A DNA stretch of 64,000 nucleotides from Carcharhinus amblyrhynchos. Lineage: Eukaryota. Each line of letters begins with the position of its first letter. Position 1 is the stretch's first letter. The position numbers and the translations under genes were made by a program. The DNA lies in assembly GCA_965287045.1 (NCBI GenBank), contig OZ336872.1:121706001-121770000 (forward strand). Reading direction: 5' to 3'. Under the pieces are notes generated by a model, which was not told the DNA's origin, did no database searches, and saw only the letters and a program-made list of their open reading frames with translations. Shown in pieces: positions 11,281 through 21,880 of the stretch.

Positions 11281-12136
11281 TGTTTGGGCTGAATTACCCC
11301 ATTGTCCCCAAACATACCCTTCAGTGCCGTTTTTTAATTCAATCAGGTACTCTGCTGACTCACTGTGTACCTGAATCTTTCAAACTGCTCAAATTTCCTC
11401 AAAGTCAACTTCCAAAAAAAAAAGGTTTACGATCAGTCCTTTGTTTCTCAAATGGGACACAAAATAATTCCACCCCCTCCTTACCGCCATCTTTCCGTTG
11501 TGTATTTCACTGAGAAAAGGCTGATTCCGTGGATTCACTGTAAGCAGCCATTGTTTTCTAACTTTACACCTCCCAGCGAAAGAGGGAAGTCAGCAGAGAG
11601 ATAGCTGTGCTACGTGACCAGCTATTGTGCTCGGCAGCTTCTGATGCGCATTTTGTTGAGGTTTATTTTACTGAACCTCAAATGGTTAATTTTTGACCAA
11701 TGACTAAGCCTTGTTACAGATGCTGAGGCAGAACAATTGTTTGATAAGGGTGGTGGTGGTGGCGGGGGGGGGGGGGGGGGGGGCGCGCGGTGAGGACAAC
11801 AAAAAGTGGAACGATAGTGCAAAGATAGCGATAAAACCAAGACAATGATGAGATAGACACATCTGACGAGCAGACCACCTCAAAAAAAAACCAACAGTCT
11901 CGTGGGTCGGTGAGTAATATTAAAACAAATTAACACCTTGAATTATTTGAAAATTAAGTCATTCATTTATGAAGGTCTTATGACTAACAGCCCCATGTAA
12001 GGTTCCTTGATCAACAGGGACATCAAGTGCCCAGTAACTGGAATAATGACCTGCAAGTTAGCATAACAAAGACACAAATTTATCTCACTAAAATAGATGG
12101 GTTGGAGTCACGTCAAGGTTTAAGAAATCTGAAACA

Positions 12137-12727
12137 GGGTCTGAATCTACCTTGAACCCATTTCCTTCCTGTTTTAATGGTGGCAGGGTGAGGGATGGGT
12201 GACCAATTCACTTGTAAGAAGTAGATTGGTTATTTATTATAAAGAGGCCTTACCTCCATTTAACAGATGTTCTATTTTTAACCACAAGCAGTCAAGTCTC
12301 CCGGGCCTCGTGCCAGCTGAATGAAGATAACTGAAGACATGAGATGGTGAGGTGTGAAGGTGGGGGGGGGACCGGTGGTCGGGGTAGCTTTCGGGAACCT
12401 CCTCCACCTCAATATTCAGGATCCCACTGGGTCCACATACAGTGGGATCTCCTCCATTTTCTTGTGACCAAGACCCCTCCTGCTTACCCCCTCCAATTTG
12501 GACTTTTGCTGGGGTTCTTGACCCCACATTATCATCCTTCTCCAACCCCCTGCACCGAAGTCTCCTCCACATTACAAAATCTGGGCCAACGATACGCATG
12601 GGCAAGAATTTTACTGACATGCTCGCTCTGATTCCAGGGGCAGGTGGGCCTTGGAGAATGGTATTCTCCGTTGGCCTTGGGCAGGATCATATGAAACTCA
12701 GGCAGACATGCTGGTAAAATTCCGCCC
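12137..12727. mobile_element. ~590-bp non-autonomous Harbinger-type element
   Basis: Imperfect TIRs GGGTCTGAATCTACC and GGTAAAATTCCGCCC. Confidence 0.55.
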
Positions 12728-13199
12728 ATGTCTCATTCTGCACTTGCAAATTTGTGTTTCTCTACAGCAACACATTCCAGAACATCCCTGTGAGAACTAA
12801 GTAGGAATTCCCTGGATCAGATCAAATGCACTGCTATAAAAACAGGTATCACATTATCAGTCAAAAACTGCAAGGTATTATTACTCACTCACTTGACTAC
12901 AAGATATAAACTGACATACTGAACCATAGAGTTAATGAAGTGTAACAAAGTAGTAAGATGTGAATTTGAGAGTATGTACGTAACTTCCAGGAGAACAAAG
13001 CTGGCTGAAGCCAGTATGACTATACATACTGTAATAGTTTCTACCATAATATATATGTCTAATGTGCAGTGTGGCAGTTGAACTGGGCTGGACTCAGTAA
13101 ATCTAGTTTTTAAAACCATACAGTAAGCACATCATTCATCATTTTTACTATTAGCTTTTTCAAGTCTGGTGAATTTCCACACAGTTGACATGTAGACAT

Positions 13200-13500
13200 C
13201 ACAGACTCAATAGAGTCCCTACAATGCAGAAGGGGGCCATTCGGTCCATCTAGTCAGCACCAACCCTCCGAATGAGCATCTTTTGAAGCCTCTATCCATG
13301 TAACCCTATGTACTTACCTGATTAGTCCCCCTACCCAACTTACATCGAGACAGTAAGGTACAATTTAGCATGACTAATTCACTTAACCCGCACATCTCTG
13401 GATTGTGGGAGGAAACAAGAGCACCCAGAGGAAACCCACGCAGACACAGGGAGAACATGCAAACTCCACACAGACAGACAGTCACCCAAGGTGGGAATCA
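13200..13500 (-). mobile_element. HE1-like V-SINE (CR1-type tail)
   Basis: TGTGGGAGGAAAC..GAGCACCCAGAGGAAACCCACGCAGACAC core. Confidence 0.85.
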
Positions 13501-13769
13501 CACAGTGAAGGGCAGAATTTAAAAAAAGTATTATCCTTAAAATGCGGCAATGAAGGGTTACATTTCCTAAAACTGTGACTATTCAAAAGCACTTCATTGC
13601 TTATTAAATATTTTGCCTTGTCCATAGATCTTGAAAAGGTGCTATAGAAATGAAAGACTTTTCCTTCTTTGATGCTTTGACCTTCAGTGTTTTCTGCAAT
13701 GGGCAAACTACTTAAATGTTTTTACCATTGAAGTCAGTGCATCTATGTGCTGAAACAGTCCAAAACCTG

Positions 13770-14092
13770 GTCAGCACTGCTGCTTCACAGCTCCAGGAAC
13801 CTGGGTTAGATTCCCAGCTTGGATGACTGTCTGTGTGGCGTTTGCACATTCTCCTCATGTCTGTGTGGGTTTCCTCTGGGTGCTCCAGTTTCCTCCCACA
13901 GTCCAAAATGAGCAGGTTAGGTTGATTGGCCACGCAAAAAAAAAATTGCCCCTAGTATCCTGAGATGTGTAGGTTAGAGCGATTAGTGGGTAAATATGTA
14001 AGGATATGGGGGCAGGGCCTGGGTGGGATTGTGGTTGGTGCAGACTTGATGGGCCGAATGGCCTCTTTCTGTACTGTAGGGTTTCTATGATT
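13770..14092 (+). mobile_element. HE1-like V-SINE (CR1-type tail)
   Basis: tRNA-like head, V core, GGGCCGAATGGCCT..TTCTATGATT tail. Confidence 0.9.
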
Positions 14093-14637
14093 ACCGTCAT
14101 AGCAAAACTAGTGGATTCAGCATTGTAACTTCTACCAAAAAAAGTGAATTACAAATAGGACACACAATCACCTCATCCACAACCAGGAACACTGAGAACG
14201 TTTTGCAGGGATACTCACAAGGTCCAAATATCTGAACCCATGGAATGAGTACAAGGTTTTTTTTTCCAAACACTTCACAATAGTTGTAGTATTTACTATT
14301 CATTTGGACCATTTATGAACAATGATTAGAAGCCCTGGTATTCTAGAGCTTTGCTGGTTAAACAATGCAACAGATGTAACAACCGCAAGAGCAGTGTTGG
14401 TCGCAATCTTTCCCTAGTCAATTTGTGTTACTCGTGTCTAATACTGTTGCAATGCAACGGTGGGACAACTAGATTGTACAACTAGTATAAAAATGAGTAC
14501 TCTGCTTAGATTATTCATCCTTATCTCTTTTCTTTTGAATCTCAAACAAATTAAGATTTGCTTCTAATCATCAACTCTATGGTTCAGTGCACTGGTTTAT
14601 ACTTTACACACATCAGGAACTGGTTCAACCCAATGTT

Positions 14638-14910
14638 ATCATAGAATCAATCTACAGTGCAGAAGTCCCATCAAGCCTGCAGCGACAACAATCTTACCCA
14701 GGTCCTATCCTGTAACCCCGAATGTTTACCCTCTGAGTCCCCCTGACACTAAGGGGCAATTTATCATGGCCAATCAACTAACCCTCACACCTTGAGTGGG
14801 GGAGGAAACCGGAGCACCCAAAGGAAACCCCGTACTCTGCACAGACTGTGATCCTTGATCAGAATTGAACTAGGTTCCTGGGGCTGCGAGGCAGCAATGC
14901 TGCCCTGTGT
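14638..14910 (-). mobile_element. HE1-like V-SINE
   Basis: Same core and tail, diverged. Confidence 0.8.
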
Positions 14911-15039
14911 AAACTGCATGCCCCCTTATTGTAACAAAAGGAATGGAATCATTAAAGTAGGAAAAATAAGTATTAGATTCGCTCTGATGTTCCACTGTAG
15001 TTCACCCCAGCGATAATTTATCCCACGGAATCTTGAGCT

Positions 15040-15565
15040 TCATAAGTGAGAGGCATAGAGTACAAAAATAAAAAAAGGTGATGCTTAGGCCAGAGTTAGA
15101 ATACTCTATTCAGTTTTGAACACTAAACTTTAAAAAGGATGTGAGGTCAGTGGAAAGAGTACAGAGAGATTCATTGGTAAGATAATACCAGAGGGTTTAA
15201 CCATGAAAAACAACTAGAGAATGTGAAGGCTCCTTTCAGTAGAATAGAGAAAGGTTGAAATTGTTTTCAAATGATGAATCTTTTTGATAAGGTGTGCGCT
15301 GGTTGCCAAATCATTAACTAGAGTGATGTGAGTTCAGCACGAAAAAGAATGAAGGAAAAGCTGTGACTTTTTGTTTTTAAGAAACACATTAGGACATGAA
15401 TGTTAGAAAACAAAAGAGTGGTGGAAGCAGAATCCATAATAGATTTTAAAAACAAAACACCATTAAAAACAATTAAAGGGTAGTTGGAAATGTCAGGACA
15501 ATGTGAATGTGAATAGCTGCTTCTAGACAGTCAACATAGGCAGAATAGCCTCCGCCCACATGGCA
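15040..15565 (+). mobile_element. Very old CR1 3' fragment
   Basis: RGIEYK and RPELEYSIQF-like motifs; tail GGCAGAATAGCCT. Confidence 0.6.
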
Positions 15566-15589
15566 CAATGATATAGCCATTTGGTAGTA

Positions 15590-16976
15590 CTGAGTATTGC
15601 TGTTAAAAACAACATTTTGTCAAAAGTTTTTGTCATGTGCTCATCAGGACAAATTGCAAAATACCAATCCAAGGGAAACATCAAATTTATACCATATGAA
15701 AATATAGTGCTTATTGGTTGGCACTGGACTCTTATTAGTAGAAGAATTGTCATGGAGAATGCACCAGTTGATGGCGACTGACATTTAACTGCCAAGCATA
15801 GTTTGAAATTTAAATCAGACAGCTTGTCTTTGATTGCTTCATTCTTTGGCAATACTGTGACCAAAGAACAGTTTGTTTTAATGGGCTTCATCCTATGCTC
15901 AAATTCATCTTTGAAATGGAGCAGTCAAATTTCCCTTGCCGTACTGGTTAAGAAATATGACGGGGGTTCTCTACCACAATTTATTGTGAGCTCGTCTTCA
16001 CAAATCAAAACCGCATAGGGATTTTTGCAACTTTGTAAATGGGCCTGAGTAATTTGCACACAATGCAAGCTTGATGCTAAAGTAGGATGCAAAAACACCC
16101 TGTGGGATAATGGCCACCACGATTAGATCAGTTTGCATTGTAGACTATGCAAATTCATTACCAGGTCTAAGGCTGTCACTTTTGACCGAGAGATGCCAAG
16201 TTTACCATGGATTACGGACGAGTACGGATGGCAACCTTGCTCAAAAAGTTGAGCAACAAGAGAAGCCAGCTGTTTCACGCCATGACTATGCGGTAGCAAC
16301 ACAGTGCTGTTCACCATTAACAGGAAGCTGCTGCAAAGCCAAAAAAGATGGTGTTCTGCCTATTATACAAAATGAATTTTAGAACCAATGTGATGCCACA
16401 AAGACTAGTGAATCATATCAAACAGCAGGTCCCTTCTACTGTTCGCAGTTGGCAAGGTACAGATCATACCCAACCAGCCCTGCCTGCAAACCTCAAAATG
16501 CAGTGTCCAACATTAGATGCGATTCTGCAATTGGACAACATTTGCTAAATAATCCTCAGTGTCTTAAGAATTATGCTGACAACCAATTTAAGATTGTCAG
16601 TCGGGCTTGCAGTGTGGCGCATTTGTATTTCTTTTGGAAACTATATATATTAAATACACAGTGCGCTATTTGCAGTTGGAAACACCATGCACACACACCG
16701 CACCTATTTCAGTTAGCTGGTTCATTCCTCAGGGCAATGTCTCAACTAATCAGAGTCAAACTGCCTGGTTTAAATTCAAACAATGCTTAGTAGTTAACAG
16801 TCAGTCACCGTCAACTGGTGCATTCCCCATAGCAACACCTCTACCAGAGTCCACCTGCCAACCAATCAGCATTCTCTTCTCACAGAATACAAGTTTGTTG
16901 TTTTCCCACATTGTTATTCTTGCAATTTGTCCTGATGGGTCGAAAAGGTCTGACAAAATACCTCAGTTTCCAGCAA
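15590..16976 (+). mobile_element. 5'-truncated Penelope-like element (family B) with inverted terminal repeats
   Basis: LHPMLKFIFEMEQ (RT thumb) at ~15885, HIKQQVP and SAIGQHLLNNPQCLKNYADNQFKIV (GIY-YIG C-terminus). 15610-15835 is an inverted copy of 16747-16960. Confidence 0.8.
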
Positions 16977-16997
16977 GAATTTATTATATCTCAAACA

Positions 16998-18436
16998 TTA
17001 TTTAAGAAGGGTGCCAGGCAAAAGGCAGGGAATTATAGGCTGGTTAGTTTAACGTCTGTTGTAGGTAAAATGTTAGAATACGTCATCAAGGAGGAAATAG
17101 CGAGGCATCTCGAGGGGAATTGCTTGATAGAGCAGACGCAGCACGGTTTTGTTAAGGGGAAGTCGTGTCTGACAAATTTATTGGCGTTCTATGAGGATGT
17201 GTCTAGGGCGGTGGATAGAGGAGAGCCGGTGGATGTGGTCTTTCTTGATTTTCAGAAGGCGTTTGACAAGGTACCTCACAAGAGGTTATTGCAGAAGGTA
17301 AGGGGGCATGGAGTTGGAGGTAGGGTGTTAGCGTGGATAGAGGATTGGTTGTCAAATAGGAGGCAGAGAGTGGGGGTTAATGGGTGCTATTCGGATTGGC
17401 AGTTGGTGACTAGTGGAGTGCCTCAGGGGTCGGTGCTGGGGCCTCAGCTATTTACCATTTATACAGATGATCTGGAGGAGGGAACCGAGCGTATGGTGTT
17501 GAAATTTGCTGATGACACCAAGATTGGTGGAACGGCAAATTGCGCGGAGGGTGTGGAGAGTCTGCAGAAAGATCTAGATAGGCTGGGCGAATGGGCCAGG
17601 AACTGGCAAATGGAATTTAATGTTGGCAAGTGCGAGGTGGTCCACTTTGGTAGGAATAATGGTAGGAAGGACTATTACTTACGTGGCGAAAAACTGCAGC
17701 AGGCGATGGTGCAGAAGGACCTCGGGGTCCTTGTGCATGAGTCGCAAAAACCCAGCCTGCAGGTGCAGCAGGTGGTCAGGAAGGCTAATGGGATGCTGGC
17801 CTTCATAGCGAGTGGGATTGAATATAAAAGTAGGGAGGTTTTGCTGCAGCTGTATAGGGCATTGGTGAGGCCGCAGCTGGAGTACTATGTGCAGTTTTGG
17901 TCGCCGCACTTACGCAAGGATATTTTGGCCTTGGAGGGAGTGCAGAGGAGGTTTACTAGGCTGATTCCGGAGTTGAGGCGGTTGAGCTATGAGGAGAGAC
18001 TGAATAAACTAGGCTTGTACTCGTTAGAGTTTAGAAGAATGAGGGGAGATCTCATTGAGATGTATAAGATGATGAATGGGATGGATAGGATAGAGGTGGA
18101 GAGACTCTTCCCGCTCAAAAAAGACAGTAGGACTAGGGGGCACAGCCTCAAGATAAAGGGGGGGCGGTTTAGAACGGAGTTGAGGAGGAACTTCTTCACT
18201 CAAAGGGTGGTGAATCTCTGGAATTCTCTGCCCGTTGAAGTGGTGGAGGCTGCCTCGCTAAATATTTTTAAGACCCGGGTTGATGGGTTTTTGGTAAGCG
18301 AGGGGATTAAGGGTTATGGGGAGAGGGCGGGAAAGTGGAACTGAGCCACGACAGATCAGCCATGATCTTATTGAATGGCGGGGCAGGCTGGAAGGGCTAG
18401 ATGGCCTACTCCTGCTCCTAGTTCTTATGTTCTTAT
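16998..18436 (+). mobile_element. Young 5'-truncated CR1 (HER1-like), RT through tail
   Basis: Open RT reading frame to the stop at 18344; highly similar to 2277-3706. Confidence 0.95.
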
Positions 18437-19122
18437 AAACTGGAGCTAACTTTTCGATGTCTGCCCTTATTCTGGTTGTTCTAGTCTCACTCAGTTTGCC
18501 ACATAAGGGATACTCAAAGCCATATTTTTACAGAAGATATCTTTCCAATTAAGCTCATTTCGTACAGTAAATGTTCTTTAGCTTAGAGGATGGTGTACAG
18601 CAGCTACTTAATAAAACAGCTGCTATAATTAAGAATGCAAATTAGGATCTGACAACAGAATCTCATAGTATTCGCATCTTTGACACTCCTGGATTATATT
18701 CAGTCAGGAGCTCATTATTTTGTCAAACAACAATCCCAGCTCTACAAATAAATGCTATAATATAATTTTCCAATTCTGTAAATTGGTAATATGCACCCCA
18801 CACACTGCAACATGCAATTTCTCATGTCTCAATACTTCTAAACTTGTATGATCAAGAGGTCAGGATATAAAAAAAAAACCACCTTCTTAAATGGTGCCCC
18901 CCAGCCACTTGGCTTTTGGGGTAAATCACTTTCACATATGAGCTGTGAATTAATCATGTCGCATCCACAGATGTTGACCTATTTGTTTGTACGTGTTTAT
19001 CTTTGTGACATTACATCTAAAACTGGTGAATTTCAACCAAATAACCAAGAGAGTGAGAAATTGATTCAACTGCCACATCTCTATCATGTGGAGTCCGAAA
19101 ACAGAAACTTCTTTTGTGAATG

Positions 19123-19445
19123 ATATGGAGATGCCAGCGTTGAACTGGGGTGGGCACAGTAAGAAGTCTCACAATACCAGACTAAAGTCCAACGGGTTTA
19201 TTAGGAATCACAAGCTTTTGGAACGCCGCTCCTTCATCAGGTGATTCTTTTCTGCTCAGCGATTTTGTCGTGTGTCTTGAAGGCTGACTCGGAGAATGCT
19301 TACCCAAAGATCAGAGGCTGAAGGCCCTTGAGTGCTGAAGTGTTTCCTGACAGGAAGGGAACACTCCCGCCCACATGCATTGCTCGGAAAGCTCGTGATT
19401 CCAAATAAACCTGTTGGACTTTAACCTGGTGTTGTGAGATTTCCG
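19123..19445 (-). mobile_element. Internally deleted PLE (family A) with inverted partial end and 11-bp TSD
   Basis: Terminal repeat 19123-19244, GIY-YIG piece ~19250-19370, inverted end ~19380-19443; TTTTGTGAATG at 19112-19122 and 19446-19456. Confidence 0.85.
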
Positions 19446-21585
19446 TTTTGTGAATGTCGCTGCTTTTGGTTGTTTTATATTTTAACTTGATATCCAAGCT
19501 GAATTATATGGGCTTTTGCATTAATTTTAAGTCTGAGCAGGATCAAATTAGCCACTCCTTATATACATCAGACCCAATTCTAACTTCTATAAAGAAGGAA
19601 GATAGATGGGATATATAAGTGGATGGACAACTTCACGCTACTACCTCAAGTGAAAATTACCCCAGCCATCTTTTTATCCACCACATCTTCTTGCCAAAGG
19701 GAATTTTAATTGTCACAGTCCATGGATCAGTAACTAAAACCTTTGATCAAATTTTGACAACCAATTCTTCAATGGCAAATCTTTTCAGAAATGGAAACTG
19801 CATGAATTCAGATAAATTTCCAACAGGTGGACTTCTCCCGCTTGCAGGTTCAGTGCTGGGTGGGAAAGAGAATTCGATGGGTGTCCAGAAATTGGTTTTA
19901 GGCTGGCATGAATTTCCCCATGGATATCTTCTGCTGGCGCCTGGCAAGGTGGATTTGGAAACCCGCTGGAGGATCCTATTAAATGGATGGAGATCAAAGT
20001 CTGATCAGAAATCCCCCCACTCCCCGTTCTCTGCAACGCCAGGGGGGAAAACACGCCAATCCAGAACATGTCTGGAACAACATGGACTCACCTTAAAAAC
20101 GCCTGGGGCTGTCCCCTAAGTTCGATATGGAGGCCACCAGCAACTCAGTGTCATAAGGAGGTCCATCTTCCAGCCTCAAGAGATTTCCTGAAGATCCATC
20201 TTCTTTTTCAGGAGGTCTTTCATCAGTAGTGGTTTAGTGATGTTGGGCATCAATGTGGCACTCAGATATGATGGCGGGATGCCCGCCTTGCCACAGAATA
20301 CAGCGCAAAATCCCCAAGTTGGGGGCTGGAAGACACAGTATATAGTGTCCCACGGGCTTTCGCAGTGGGAAACACTCGGGTGGAATTTTCTGCACGGAGT
20401 TCTGGTTGGGGGGGTTGCAAGGGGGGGTGGGGTGGGGGGGGGGGGGAGGGGAGGGGGGGTGGGGAGCTGGTACGCAGCTCGCCAACTGTAAAGTTGGCTT
20501 TTCTTGCCACGCTGTGCAGCACTCAGTGCAGAAATAATCTGCAGGCATGGCCAAAGCCATCATATGGGCAGGCCAGAAAAAAAAAATGCCAGGAAACTGA
20601 AATCTTTAACAAGGGCACCTTGATCTCAGAAAAAAAAGGAAGCCACCTTCCCTAGTCCCCCCAGTGGGAACTCCCTCTCATGGCCCCCCTCCTCATCCCC
20701 TCGCAATGCTGGGGGCAACGCCAGGGTATTGCCCTGCTACATTCCTCTACCTTCCCCCCCCCCCCAACTCCTGGGGGCAATACTAACCTGTGCACCCCAG
20801 TGGGTTCCCTTCACCTGCTTCCCATTTTTAAAAACTTGTTGTAAACCTCACCAATGTCGCGTTGCGTCAGCGAGACAGGAGATCCCACTGTCGGCTGTGT
20901 GGGGGTGGCGGGGGGGGTGGGGGTGGAGAATCATACAGCTGTGAAGCCCTTTATTTACATTACTATTTATTTAAATGAGATTCCTGACCTTTCTGGGCAG
21001 GAACTTGGTTAATGTCACTGATGGGGAGAATCTGAAAATGAGCCTGTGCCAGTGAGATTCTCGAACGTGGGCATAAACGCGCTGCCTCTGTTACCACCAT
21101 GGGACCGGGTCCACCCATTGTTGTAGTAAAGCATTCCTTTCTCAACTCCAATTGGACACAAGTCTTCTGTAAGCTTTGTAATAATTCAAGGAAGTTGGGT
21201 GTAACTTCAGAATATTAAATTCTAGAGTGTTGAGTTAATTAGATTTTAGTTGACTTCTTTATGTACAGCAGAATGAATGACCTTCATTTATTTTCTAAAA
21301 TAATAATTACAAGAGAAAAATCAAGAGGTTTTATAGAGGATCCCAGACACATTTCTGATCCACGTGCACTTTCTGGAATTAATCTGCATGAATATGGTAA
21401 TACTAAGACTACCACAGCAAATAATAAAATTACCAAAAGTCTTCATTCATCACATTTTATGCCATGTTTCCTACATTAATGTTGTACTTCTATCTAACCT
21501 AGCTCACAGACACATACTCTCCTTTGGATAGGTGAAGACTTGACCCCTTGCACCCCTTCCACTCCAACCCCAAACTGCTGTGACA

Positions 21586-21880
21586 TGGTGGCACAGTGGT
21601 TAGCACTGCTGCCTCACAAAGCCAGGGTTTGATTCCCGACTTGGGTTACTGTCTGTGAAAAGTCTAGACATTCTCTCCATGTCTGCATGGGTTTCCTCCA
21701 GGTGCTCCGGTTTCCTCCCACAGTCTGAAAGACATGTTGGTTAGGTGCATTGCCAATGCTACATTTTCCCCTCAGTGTGCCCAAACAGGCGCTGGAGTGT
21801 GGCGACGAAGGGATTTTCACACTAACTTCATTGCAGTGTTAATGTCAGCCTACTTGTGACACTAATAAATAAACTTTAAA
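21586..21880 (+). mobile_element. V-SINE with GTGACACTAATAAATAAACTTT tail
   Basis: TGGTGGCACAGTGGTTAGCAC A-box, B-box, V core. Confidence 0.9.

Noticed and set aside
13770-13840. tRNA genes
   Set aside because: The A- and B-box motifs are SINE heads and do not form complete cloverleafs.
16911-18344. 477-aa ORF as a host gene or PLE-CR1 fusion protein
   Set aside because: The first ~29 codons are chance read-through from the PLE end, starting at TTG. The rest is a 5'-truncated CR1 RT with no endonuclease.
19619-21130. 166-aa ORF and proline-rich ORFs
   Set aside because: No recognisable domain. They overlap G/C runs and probable decayed Harbinger-type repeats that I could not delimit.
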